A stretch of DNA of 64,000 bases from Haplodiscus bocki (Eukaryota): positions 27,528,001-27,592,000 of the forward strand of contig OZ296655.1 of the NCBI GenBank assembly GCA_965655095.1, in the 5' to 3' direction. The notes under the pieces are model-generated. The model saw only the letters and a program-made list of their open reading frames with translations, ran no database searches and had not been told where the DNA came from. Every line of letters begins with the position of its first letter. Position 1 is the stretch's first letter. The translations under genes were made by a program, and so were the position numbers. Positions 50,601 through 64,000 of the stretch are shown one piece after another.

Positions 50601-53600
50601 GTTTACCAACGCTTTCGTACTTTGAAGGAGCTTCTCTAATAATCTCGAGTGATACCCACGTTCAGCATTGATCGTGGGTATCCTACGATGTCACGTAGGA
50701 TTTTGTGACATTGCTCAGTTCTAGGGCCGCTGAAGCTGACAATTCACCAATACATTTCCGAACTAACAATTGCAACTTGTCCGAAGGATGGATAGAACCT
50801 AATTTCCATTCAGTGTATCTTCTTTAAAAGACTTGAGGTAAGAATTCTTGATCAGCTTGATCGGATCTTCCATGTTGTCCATATTGTTGATCAATCCATG
50901 TAAATATTTTGCCTCCACTGCACTCTCAACAGGAGCAGTTTCATCATTTCGTGCTTCCACCGAAAAAAATAGCGGAGGTGTTGGTGTGCTTGCTGATTAA
51001 CTGTGTTTCCTTGAAGCTTCATCTCATATGGATCCAGGAATTCTCGGAGGTAAGTATAGACTGGGATGGATGAACCACATATAGAAACAGGTCATAAGGA
51101 ACTGCATACAGTTGGTTGTCGCACATGATAAGTAATAGGTTCTTGTGGAGCCACAATTTGTTTGAAAGACAATGATCACCGGATGGACATATCTGGTCGT
51201 ACACCTGGATTAGATTCTTCAAATTCAATATCCCACATTTCAAATTGTATGCAATGGCTAGCTCCTGTGGGAATACTACGGGGTGTTTTTTGGGAGCAGG
51301 CACGTCACAGTTAGAATAAAAGTTTTCAATTATGTTTGAGTCAGATCTATAGCAGAGCGGATCATGTCATGGAGCTCGTTGGCTCTGAAATCAGGCTCCT
51401 TGATCAGAGCATTCACTTTTTTCAATCGCTCCCGCTTGACTGAGGAAGGCAGATTTGCTTCTTTGGTGGAACGTATGATCTTCTTGAAGGTTGTCGGTGC
51501 ATCAGGTAGAGCGCGCTTGAACTGATTGGAGGGAAAACCGAGGCCATTTTATCCTCCGACAACTCAGCGCCGAGGAGTCATTTTTACCTGTTTTTCTTCG
51601 GATAACAAACACTTCTTTTTCAACTTTTTGGCAGAAATTCAAAAATCCACCACCAAAGTTCGGTAGAGCTGGTGTTTGGCCGTTGATAGGTGGAGGATAG
51701 GATCCCTATCCTGACCTCTCTTCGAAGGGAACAAAAATTGAAAACACTGAGTTCTAACAAATTTCCTCTGAAAATCGCTGTTTTTCATTTCTTTATTCTG
51801 TTTTTTTTTTCTCAATGCTTCATGCGTTCGTTTTTTTTCGGAACAAGAGAATTACTTGAACCATGTATTTACCAGTTGCATCCTCAGATTGCCACTTGCG
51901 ACATGATAACAACCATGATACGGTGCTTAATTACCGTTTCTTCTTTTTTTCACTCATAGCAGCCTGCTCCCAACCTGTTATAACACATTGCAACATACAA
52001 TTAATACTCACAAAAATAGGGTGGAACACAGCATTACGTAGAGACCAGTATAGACAAAGGACTCACGAACACTCTCTTAACTTTTTTAAATTCTTGCATG
52101 CGTGCAGCCTTCTTTTGCACTCTCGGGAGATTATTTGTTCTTCTTTGATGCCGTGATTTTCGACCTTTCTTGCCCCACCAAAAATTTTTTCCGTCCACTT
52201 TGAAACACTCCACATGTTGCCCAAGTTCTGTCTTACTCCGCCCAGTATCACGTAAATAATTAGATAGAGTAGTGTAGGTACACGTTTGGACGGCCAAGAA
52301 TTTTGTCTCTTTGCACATACCAGGGGAATAATAATTGAGCACTTGTCTTGTCGCAGGTCATCCTCTACAAGCTTAGCTTCAAAGCCAGCGACAATAGCTG
52401 GCCCTTCAGAGAGCGTTATCACCGTATGAGCACATAAACCAGGTTGAATCATTAGTGAAGTCGGAGTAGTCACATAAAACCTTACCTTATTTCGAACAGC
52501 ATTAGTTGAAGGCCCTTTTAGTAGAAAGTTTACCAACGCTTTCGTACTTTGAAGGAGCTTCTCTAATAATCTCGAGTGATACCCACGTTCAGCATTGATC
52601 GTGGGTATCCTACGATGTCACGTAGGATTTTGTGACATTGCTCAGTTCTAGGGCCGCTGAAGCTGACAATTCACCAATACATTTCCGAACTAACAATTGC
52701 AACTTGTCCGAAGGATGGATAGAACCTAATTTCCATTCAGTGTATCTTCTTTAAAAGACTTGAGGTAAGAATTCTTGATCAGCTTGATCGGATCTTCCAT
52801 GTTGACCATATTGTTGATCAATCCATGTAAATATTTTGCCTCCACTGCACTCTCAACAGGAGCAGTTTCATCATTTCGTGCTTCCACCGAAAAAAATAGC
52901 GGAGGTGTTGGTGTGCTTGCTGATTAACTGTGTTTCCTTGAAGCTTCATCTCATATGGATCCAGGAATTCTCGGAGGTAAGTATAGACTGGGATGGATGA
53001 ACCACATATAGAAACAGGTCATAAGGAACTGCATACAGTTGGTTGTCGCACATGATAAGTAATAGGTTCTTGTGGAGCCACAATTTGTTTGAAAGACAAT
53101 GATCACCGGATGGACATATCTGGTCGTACACCTGGATTAGATTCTTCAAATTCAATATCCCACATTTCAAATTGTATGCAATGGCTAGCTCCTGTGGGAA
53201 TACTACGGGGTGTTTTTTGGGAGCAGGCACGTCACAGTTAGAATAAAAGTTTTCAATTATGTTTGAGTCAGATCTATAGCAGAGCGGATCATGTCATGGA
53301 GCTCGTTGGCTCTGAAATCAGGCTCCTTGATCAGAGCATTCACTTTTTTCAATCGCTCCCGCTTGACTGAGGAAGGCAGATTTGCTTCTTTGGTGGAACG
53401 TATGATCTTCTTGAAGGTTGTCGGTGCATCAGGTAGAGCGCGCTTGAACTGATTGGAGGGAAAACCGAGGCCATTTTATCCTCCGACAACTCAGCGCCGA
53501 GGAGTCATTTTTACCTGTTTTTCTTCGGATAACAAACACTTCTTTTTCAACTTTTTGGCAGAAATTCAAAAATCCACCACCAAAGTTCGGTAGAGCTGGT

Positions 53601-56600
53601 GTTTGGCCGTTGATAGGTGGAGGATAGGATCCCTATCCTGACCTCTCTTCGAAGGGAACAAAAATTGAAAACACTGAGTTCTAACAAATTTCCTCTGAAA
53701 ATCGCTGTTTTTCATTTCTTTATTCTGTTTTTTTTTTCTCAATGCTTCATGCGTTCGTTTTTTTTCGGAACAAGAGAATTACTTGAACCATGTATTTACC
53801 AGTTGCATCCTCAGATTGCCACTTGCGACATGATAACAACCATGATACGGTGCTTAATTACCGTTTCTTCTTTTTTTCACTCATAGCAGCCTGCTCCCAA
53901 CCTGTTATAACACATTGCAACATACAATTAATACTCACAAAAATAGGGTGGAACACAGCATTACGTAGAGACCAGTATAGACAAAGGACTCACGAACACT
54001 CTCTTAACTTTTTTAAATTCTTGCATGCGTGCAGCCTTCTTTTGCACTCTCGGGAGATTATTTGTTCTTCTTTGATGCCGTGATTTTCGACCTTTCTTGC
54101 CCCACCAAAAATTTTTTCCGTCCACTTTGAAACACTCCACATGTTGCCCAAGTTCTGTCTTACTCCGCCCAGTATCACGTAAATAATTAGATAGAGTAGT
54201 GTAGGTACACGTTTGGACGGCCAAGAATTTTGTCTCTTTGCACATACCAGGGGAATAATAATTGAGCACTTGTCTTGTCGCAGGTCATCCTCTACAAGCT
54301 TAGCTTCAAAGCCAGCGACAATAGCTGGCCCTTCAGAGAGCGTTATCACCGTATGAGCACATAAACCAGGTTGAATCATTAGTGAAGTCGGAGTAGTCAC
54401 ATAAAACCTTACCTTATTTCGAACAGCATTAGTTGAAGGCCCTTTTAGTAGAAAGTTTACCAACGCTTTCGTACTTTGAAGGAGCTTCTCTAATAATCTC
54501 GAGTGATACCCACGTTCAGCATTGATCGTGGGTATCCTACGATGTCACGTAGGATTTTGTGACATTGCTCAGTTCTAGGGCCGCTGAAGCTGACAATTCA
54601 CCAATACATTTCCGAACTAACAATTGCAACTTGTCCGAAGGATGGATAGAACCTAATTTCCATTCAGTGTATCTTCTTTAAAAGACTTGAGGTAAGAATT
54701 CTTGATCAGCTTGATCGGATCTTCCATGTTGACCATATTGTTGATCAATCCATGTAAATATTTTGCCTCCACTGCACTCTCAACAGGAGCAGTTTCAATC
54801 ATTTCGTGCTTCCACCGAAAAAAATGGCGGAGGTGTTGGTGTGCTTGCTGATTAACTGTGTTTCCTTGAAGCTTCATCTCATATGGATCCAGGAATTCTC
54901 GGAGGTAAGTATAGACTGGGATGGATGAACCACATATAGAAACAGGTCATAAGGAACTGCATACAGTTGGTTGTCGCACATGATAAGTAATAGGTTCTTG
55001 TGGAGCCACAATTTGTTTGAAAGACAATGATCACCGGATGGACATATCTGGTCGTACACCTGGATTAGATTCTTCAAATTCAATATCCCACATTTCAAAT
55101 TGTATGCAATGGCTAGCTCCTGTGGGAATACTACGGGGTGTTTTTTGGGAGCAGGCACGTCACAGTTGGAATAAAAATTTTCAATTATGTTTGAGTCAGA
55201 TCTATAGCAGAGCGGATCATGTCATGGAGCTCGTTGGCTCTGAAATCAGGCTCCTTGATCAGAGCATTCACTTTTTTCAATCGCTCCCGCTTGACTGAGG
55301 AAGGCAGATTTGCTTCTTTGGTGGAACGTATGATCTTCTTGAAGGTTGTCGGTGCATCAGATAGAGCGCGCTTGAACTGATTGGAGGGAAAACCGAGGCC
55401 ATTTTATCCTCCGACAACTCAGCGCCGAGGAGTCATTTTTACCTGTTTTTCTTCGGATAACAAACACTTCTTTTTCAACTTTTTGGCAGAAATTCAAAAA
55501 TCCACCACCAAAAATCGGTAGAACTGGTGTTTGGGCGTTGATAGGTGGAGGATAGGATCCCTATCCTGACCTCTCTTCGAAGGGAACAAAAATTGAAAAC
55601 ACTGAGTTCTAACAAATTTCCTCTGAAAATCGCTGTTTTTCATTTCTTTATTCTGTTTTTTTCTCAATGCTTCATGCGTTCGTTTTTTTTCGGATCAAGA
55701 GAATTACTTGAACCATGTATTTACCAGTTGCATCCTCAGATTGCCACTTGCGACATGATAACAACCATGATACGGTGCTTAATTACCGTTTCTTCTTTAT
55801 TTCACTCATAGCAGAGCCTGCTCCCAACCTGTTATAACACATTGCAACGTACAATTAATACTAACGAAAATAGGGTAGAACACAGCATTACGTCGGGACC
55901 AGTATAGACAAAGGACTCACGAACACTCTCTTCACTTTTTTCAATTCTTGCATGCGTGCAGCCTTCTTTTGCACTCTCGGGAGATTATTTGTTCTTCTTT
56001 GATGCCGTGATTTTCGACCTTTCTTGCCCCACCAAAAATTTTTCCGTCCACTTTGAAACACTCCACATGTTGCCCAAGTTCTGTCTTACTCCGCCCAGTA
56101 TCACGTAAATAATTAGATAGAGTAGTGTAGGTACACGTTTGGACGGCCAAGAATTTTGTCTCTTTGCGCATACCAGGGGAATAATAATTGAGCACTTGTG
56201 TTTTTCGCAGGTCATCCTCTACAAGCTTAGCTTCAAAGCCAGCGACAATAGCTGGCCCTTCAGAGAGCGTTATCACCGTATGAGCACATAAACGAGGTTG
56301 AATCATTAGTGAAGTCGGAGTAGTCACATAAAACCTTACCTTATTTCGAACAGCATTAGTTGAAGGCCCTTTTAGTAGAAAGTTTACCAACGCTTTCGTA
56401 CTTTGAAGGAGCTTCTCTAATAATCTCGAGTGATACCCACGTTCAGCATTGATCGTGGGTATCCTACGATGTCACGTAGGATTTTGTGACATTGCTCAGT
56501 TCTAGGGCCGCTGAAGCTGACAATTCACCAATACATTTCCGAACTAACAATTGCAACTTGTCCGAAGGATGGATAGAACCTAATTTCCATTCAGTGTATC

Positions 56601-59600
56601 TTCTTTAAAAGACTTGAGGTAAGAATTCTTGATCAGCTTGATCGGATCTTCCATGTTGACCATATTGTTGATCAATCCATGTAAATATTTTGCCTCCACT
56701 GCACTCTCAACAGGAGCAGTTTCAATCATTTCGTGCTTCCACCGAAAAAAATGGCGGAGGTGTTGGTGTGCTTGCTGATTAACTGTGTTTCCTTGAAGCT
56801 TCATCTCATATGGATCCAGGAATTCTCGGAGGTAAGTATAGACTGGGATGGATGAACCACATATAGAAACAGGTCATAAGGAACTGCATACAGTTGGTTG
56901 TCGCACATGATAAGTAATAGGTTCTTGTGGAGCCACAATTTGTTTGAAAGACAATGATCACCGGATGGACATATCTGGTCGTACACCTGGATTAGATTCT
57001 TCAAATTCAATATCCCACATTTCAAATTGTATGCAATGGCTAGCTCCTGTGGGAATACTACGGGGTGTTTTTTGGGAGCAGGCACGTCACAGTTGGAATA
57101 AAAATTTTCAATTATGTTTGAGTCAGATCTATAGCAGAGCGGATCATGTCATGGAGCTCGTTGGCTCTGAAATCAGGCTCCTTGATCAGAGCATTCACTT
57201 TTTTCAATCGCTCCCGCTTGACTGAGGAAGGCAGATTTGCTTCTTTGGTGGAACGTATGATCTTCTTGAAGGTTGTCGGTGCATCAGATAGAGCGCGCTT
57301 GAACTGATTGGAGGGAAAACCGAGGCCATTTTATCCTCCGACAACTCAGCGCCGAGGAGTCATTTTTACCTGTTTTTCTTCGGATAACAAACACTTCTTT
57401 TTCAACTTTTTGGCAGAAATTCAAAAATCCACCACCAAAAATCGGTAGAACTGGTGTTTGGGCGTTGATAGGTGGAGGATAGGATCCCTATCCTGACCTC
57501 TCTTCGAAGGGAACAAAAATTGAAAACACTGAGTTCTAACAAATTTCCTCTGAAAATCGCTGTTTTTCATTTCTTTATTCTGTTTTTTTCTCAATGCTTC
57601 ATGCGTTCGTTTTTTTTCGGATCAAGAGAATTACTTGAACCATGTATTTACCAGTTGCATCCTCAGATTGCCACTTGCGACATGATAACAACCATGATAC
57701 GGTGCTTAATTACCGTTTCTTCTTTATTTCACTCATAGCAGAGCCTGCTCCCAACCTGTTATAACACATTGCAACGTACAATTAATACTAACGAAAATAG
57801 GGTAGAACACAGCATTACGTCGGGACCAGTATAGACAAAGGACTCACGAACACTCTCTTCACTTTTTTCAATTCTTGCATGCGTGCAGCCTTCTTTTGCA
57901 CTCTCGGGAGATTATTTGTTCTTCTTTGATGCCGTGATTTTCGACCTTTCTTGCCCCACCAAAAATTTTTCCGTCCACTTTGAAACACTCCACATGTTGC
58001 CCAAGTTCTGTCTTACTCCGCCCAGTATCACGTAAATAATTAGATAGAGTAGTGTAGGTACACGTTTGGACGGCCAAGAATTTTGTCTCTTTGCGCATAC
58101 CAGGGGAATAATAATTGAGCACTTGTGTTTTTCGCAGGTCATCCTCTACAAGCTTAGCTTCAAAGCCAGCGACAATAGCTGGCCCTTCAGAGAGCGTTAT
58201 CACCGTATGAGCACATAAACGAGGTTGAATCATTAGTGAAGTCGGAGTAGTCACATAAAACCTTACCTTATTTCGAACAGCATTAGTTGAAGGCCCTTTT
58301 AGTAGAAAGTTTACCAACGCTTTCGTACTTTGAAGGAGCTTCTCTAATAATCTCGAGTGATACCCACGTTCAGCATTGATCGTGGGTATCCTACGATGTC
58401 ACGTAGGATTTTGTGACATTGCTCAGTTCTAGGGCCGCTGAAGCTGACAATTCACCAATACATTTCCGAACTAACAATTGCAACTTGTCCGAAGGATGGA
58501 TAGAACCTAATTTCCATTCAGTGTATCTTCTTTAAAAGACTTGAGGTAAGAATTCTTGATCAGCTTGATCGGATCTTCCATGTTGACCATATTGTTGATC
58601 AATCCATGTAAATATTTTGCCTCCACTGCACTCTCAACAGGAGCAGTTTCATCATTTCGTGCTTCCACCGAAAAAAATAGCGGAGGTGTTGGTGTGCTTG
58701 CTGTTTAACTGTGTTTCCTTGAAGCTTCATCTCATATGGATCCAGGAATTCTCGGAGGTAAGTATAGACTGGGATGGATGAACCACATATAGAAACAGGT
58801 CATAAGGAACTGCATACAGTTGGTTGTCGCACATGATAAGTAATAGGTTCTTGTGGAGCCACAATTTGTTTGAAAGACAATGATCACCGGATGGACATAT
58901 CTGGTCGTACACCTGGATTAGATTCTTCAAATTCAATATCCCACATTTCAAATTGTATGCAATGGCTAGCTCCTGTGGGAATACTACGGGGTGTTTTTTG
59001 GGAGCAGGCACGTCATAGTTAGAATAAAAGTTTTCAATTATGTTTGAGTCAGATCTATAGCAGAGCGGATCATGTCATGGAGCTCGTTGGCTCTGAAATC
59101 AGGCTCCTTGATCAGAGCATTCACTTTTTTCAATCGCTCCCGCTTGACTGAGGAAGGCAGATTTGCTTCTTTGGTGGAACGTATGATCTTCTTGAAGGTT
59201 GTCGGTGCATCAGATAGAGCGCGCTTGAACTGATTGGAGGGAAAACCGAGGCCATTTTATCCTCCGACAACTCAGCGCCGAGGAGTCATTTTTACCTGTT
59301 TTTCTTCGGATAACAAACACTTCTTTTTCAACTTTTTGGCAGAAATTCAAAAATCCACCACCAAAGTTCGGTAGAGCTGGTGTTTGGCCGTTGATAGGTG
59401 GAGGATAGGATCCCTATCCTGACCTCTCTTCGAAGGGAACAAAAATTGAAAACACTGAGTTCTAACAAATTTCCTCTGAAAATCGCTGTTTTTCATTTCT
59501 TTATTCTGTTTTTTTTTTCTCAATGCTTCATGCGTTCGTTTTTTTTCGGAACAAGAGAATTACTTGAACCATGTATTTACCAGTTGCATCCTCAGATTGC

Positions 59601-62600
59601 CACTTGCGACATGATAACAACCATGATACGGTGCTTAATTACCGTTTCTTCTTTATTTCACTCATAGCAGCCTGCTCCCAACCTGTTATAACACATTGCA
59701 ACATACAATTAATACTAACGAAAATAGGGTGGAACACAGCATTACGTTGGGACCAGTATAGACAAAGGACTCACGAACACTCTCTTAACTTTTTTCAATT
59801 CTTGCATGCGTGCAGCCTTCTTTTGCACTCTCGGGAGATTATTTGTTCTTCTTTGATGCCGTGATTTTCGACCTTTCTTGCCCCACCAAAAATTTTTCCG
59901 TCCACTTTGAAACACTCCACATGTTGCCCAAGTTCTGTCTTACTCCGCCCAGTATCACGTAAATAATTAGATAGAGTAGTGTAGGTACACGTTTGGACGG
60001 CCAAGAATTTTGTCTCTTTGCACATACCAGGGGAATAACAATTGAGCACTTGTCTTGTCGCAGGTCATCCTCTACAAGCTTAGCTTCAAAGCCAGCGACA
60101 ATAGCTGGCCCTTCAGAGAGCGTTATCACCGTATGAGCACATAAACCAGGTTGAATCATTAGTGAAGTCGGAGTAGTCACATAAAACCTTACCTTATTTC
60201 GAACAGCATTAGTTGAAGGCCCTTTTAGTAGAAAGTTTACCAACGCTTTCGTACTTTGAAGGAGCTTCTCTAATAATCTCGAGTGATACCCACGTTCAGC
60301 ATTGATCGTGGGTATCCTACGATGTCACGTAGGATTTTGTGACATTGCTCAGTTCTAGGGCCGCTGAAGCTGACAATTCACCAATACATTTCCGAACTAA
60401 CAATTGCAACTTGTCCGAAGGATGGATAGAACCTAATTTCCATTCAGTGTATCTTCTTTAAAAGACTTGAGGTAAGAATTCTTGATCAGCTTGATCGGAT
60501 CTTCCATGTTGACCATATTGTTGATCAATCCATGTAAATATTTTGCCTCCACTGCACTCTCAACAGGAGCAGTTTCATCATTTCGTGCTTCCACCGAAAA
60601 AAATAGCGGAGGTGTTGGTGTGCTTGCTGATTAACTGTGTTTCCTTGAAGCTTCATCTCATATGGATCCAGGAATTCTCGGAGGTAAGTATAGACTGGGA
60701 TGGATGAACCACATATAGAAACAGGTCATAAGGAACTGCATACAGTTGGTTGTCGCACATGATAAGTAATAGGTTCTTGTGGAGCCACAATTTGTTTGAA
60801 AGACAATGATCACCGGATGGACATATCTGGTCGTACACCTGGATTAGATTCTTCAAATTCAATATCCCACATTTCAAATTGTATGCAATGGCTAGCTCCT
60901 GTGGGAATACTACGGGGTGTTTTTTGGGAGCAGGCACGTCATAGTTAGAATAAAAGTTTTCAATTATGTTTGGGTCAGATCTATAGCAGAGCGGATCATG
61001 TCATGGAGCTCGTTGGCTCTGAAATCAGGCTCCTTGATCAGAGCATTCACTTTTTTCAATCGCTCCCGCTTGACTGAGGAAGGCAGATTTGCTTCTTTGG
61101 TGGAACGTATGATCTTCTTGAAGATTGTCGGTGCATCAGATAGAGCGCGCTTGAACTGATTGGAGAGAAAACCGAGGCCATTTTATCCTCCGACAACTCA
61201 GCGCCGAAGAGTCATTTTTATCTGTTTTTTTTCGGATAACAAACACTTCTTTTTCAACTTTTTGGCAGAAATTCAAAAATCCATCACCAAAGTTCGGTAG
61301 AGCTGGTGTTTGGCCGTTGATAGGTGGAGGATAGGATCCCTATCCTGACCTCTCTTCAAAGGGGACAAAAATTGAAAACACTGAGTTCTAACAACTTTCC
61401 TCTGAAAATCGCTGTTTTTCATTTCTTTATTCTGTTTTTTTTCTCAATGCTTCATGCGTTCGTTTTTTTTTTCGGAACAAAAGAACTACTTGAACCATGT
61501 ATTTACCAGTTGCATCCTCAGATTGCCACTTGCGACATGATAACAATCATGATACGGTGCTTAATTACCGTTTCTTCTTTATTTCACTCATAGCAGCCTG
61601 CTCCCAACCTGTTATAACACATTGCAACACACAATTAATACTAACGAAAATAGGGTGGAACACAGCATTACGTTGGGACCAGTATAGACACAGGACTCAC
61701 GAACACTCTCCTAACTTTTTTCAATTCTTGCATGCGTGCAGCCTTCTTTTGCACTCTCGGGAGATTATTTGTTCTTCTTTGATGCCGTGATTTTCGACCT
61801 TTCTTGCCCCACCAAAAATTTTTCCGTCCACTTTGAAACACTCCACATGTTGCCCAAGTTCTGTCTTACTCCGCCCAGTATCACGTAAATAATTAGATAG
61901 AGTAGTGTAGGTACACGTTTGGACGGCCAAGAATTTTGTCTCTTTGCACATACCAGGGGAATAACAATTGAGCACTTGTCTTGTCGCAGGTCATCCTCTA
62001 CAAGCTTAGCTTCAAAGCCAGCGACAATAGCTGGCCCTTCAGAGAGCGTTATCACCGTATGAGCGCATAAACCAGGTTGAATCATTAGTGAAGTCGGAGT
62101 AGTCACATAAAACCTTACCTTATTTCGAACAGCACTAGTTGAAGGCCCTTTTAGTAGAAAGTTTACCAACGCTTTCGTACTTTGAAGGAGCTTCTCTAAT
62201 AATCTCGAGTGATACCCACGTTCAGCATTGATCGTGGGTATCCTACGATGTCACGTAGGATTTTGTGACATTGCTCAGTTCTAGGGCCGCTGAAGCTGAC
62301 AATTCACCAATACATTTCCGAACTAACAATTGCAACTTGTCCGAAGGATGGATAGAACCTAATTTCCATTCAGTGTATCTTCTTTAAAAGACTTGAGGTA
62401 AGAATTCTTGATCAGCTTGATCGGATCTTCCATGTTGACCATATTGTTGATCAATCCATGTAAATATTTTGCCTCCACTGCACTCTCAACAGGAGCAGTT
62501 TCATCATTTCGTGCTTCCACCGAAAAAAATAGCGGAGGTGTTGGTGTGCTTGCTGATTAACTGTGTGTCCTTGAAGCTTCATCTCATATGGATCCAGGAA

Positions 62601-64000
62601 TTCTCGGAGGTAAGTATAGACTGGGATGGATGAACCACATATAGAAACAGGTCATAAGGAACTGCATACAGTTGGTTGTCGCACATGATAAGTAATAGGT
62701 TCTTGTGGAGCCACGATTTATTTGAAAGACAATGATCACCGGATGGACATATCTGGTCGTACACCTGGATTAGATTCTTCAAATTCAATATCCCACATTT
62801 CAAATTGTATGCAATGGCTAGCTCCTGTGGGAATACTACGGGGTGTTTTTTGGGAGCAGGCACGTCACAGTTGGAATAAAAATTTTCAATTATGTTTGAG
62901 TCAGATCTATAGCAGAGCGGATCATGTCATGGAGCTCGTTGGCTCTGAAATCAGGCTCCTTGATCAGAGCATTCACTTTTTTCAATCGCTCCCGCTTGAC
63001 TGAGGAAGGCAGATTTGCTTCTTTGGTGGAACGTATGATCTTCTTGAAGATTGTCGGTGCATCAGATAGAGCGCGCTTGAACTGATTGGAGAGAAAACCG
63101 AGGCCATTTTATCCTCCGACAACTCAGCGCCGAAGAGTCATTTTTACCTGTTTTTTTTCGGATAACAAACACTTCTTTTTCAACTTTTTGGCAGAAATTT
63201 AAAAATCCACCACCAAAGTTCGGTAGAGCTGGTGTTTGGCCGTTGATAGGTGGAGGATAGGATCCCTATCCTGACCTCTCTTCAAAGGGAACAAAAATTG
63301 AAAACACTGAGTTCTAACAAATTTCCTCTGAAAATCGCTGTTTTTCATTTCTTTATTCTGTTTTTTTTCTCAATGCTTCATGCGTTCGTTTTTTTTCGGA
63401 ACAAGAGAATTACTTGAACCATGTATTTACCAGTTGCATCCTCAGATTGCCACTTGCGACATGATAACAACCATGATACGGTGCTTAATTACCGTTTCTT
63501 CTTTATTTCACTCATAGCAGCCTGCTCCCAACCTGTTATAACACATTGCAACATACAATTAATACTAACGAAAATAGGGTAGAACACAGCATTACGTTGG
63601 GACCAGTATAGACAAAGGACTCACGAACACTCTCTTAACTTTTTTCAATTCTTGCATGCGTGCAGCCTTCTTTTGCACTCTCGGGAGAATATTTGTTCTT
63701 CTTTGATGCCGTGATTTTCGACCTTTCTTGCCCCACCAAAAATTTTTCCGTCCACTTTGAAACACTCCACATGTTGCCCAAGTTCTGTCTTGCTCCGCCC
63801 AGTATCACGTAAATAATTAGATAGAGTAGTGTAGGTACACGTTTGGACGGCCAAGAATTTTGTCTCTTTGCGCATACCAGGGGAATATTAATTGAGCACT
63901 TGTCTTTTCCGCAGGTCATCCTCTACAAGCTTAGCTTCAAAGCCAGCGACAATAGCTGGCCCTTCAGAGAGCGTTATCACCGTATGAGCACATAAACCAG

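Larger units (their letters stand above)
45754..64000. repeat. Tandem macrosatellite, ~1926-bp chimeric monomer, ~9.5 copies (array 2); continues to the right window edge
   Basis: Units start (AAAACCGAGGCC) at about 45754, 47683, 49609, 51534, 53461, 55389, 57316, 59242, 61168 and 63094. The marker ORF MPAPKKHPVV recurs every 1925-1928 bp. Confidence 0.98.

Noticed and set aside
1-64000. CRISPR array or prokaryotic defence locus
   Set aside because: The repeats are kb-scale with no unique spacers and no cas genes; the content is eukaryotic (LTR retrotransposon).

Overview
Eukaryotic, repeat-dominated window with three blocks. (1) 1-35696: a head-to-tail tandem array (~13.8 copies, period ~2.58-2.60 kb). 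Stitched across frames on the minus strand, the monomer reads as a decayed 5' part of a negative-strand RNA virus L polymerase gene (Mononegavirales/Jingchuvirales-like). It runs from the N-terminal HLDAPL motif through the WP, DKS and KxxK blocks to RdRp motifs A (IDFExWN), B (WTGHLGGNEGILQDIW), a mutated C (SGKN for GDN) and D (LKPEET). This is a non-retroviral endogenous viral element amplified into a macrosatellite. (2) 35697-~45750: a degenerate + strand Ty3/Gypsy LTR retrotransposon inserted into that array. It has a 5' LTR, a tRNA-Leu-like PBS, gag with a CCHC knuckle, an A_AAA_AAC -1 frameshift site and PR-RT-RH-IN. A TARG1/OARD1-type macrodomain lies in frame after integrase, followed by three paralogous ~100-aa orphan ORFs; no 3' LTR is present. 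(3) 45754-64000: a second tandem array (~9.5 copies, period ~1926 bp) of a chimeric unit. Each unit is ~1.07 kb non-viral DNA carrying a truncated cupin/JmjC-like ORF, a short junction of nested inverted repeats, and ~0.84 kb of the same viral L fragment. All identifications come from motif recognition by eye; no database search was run.
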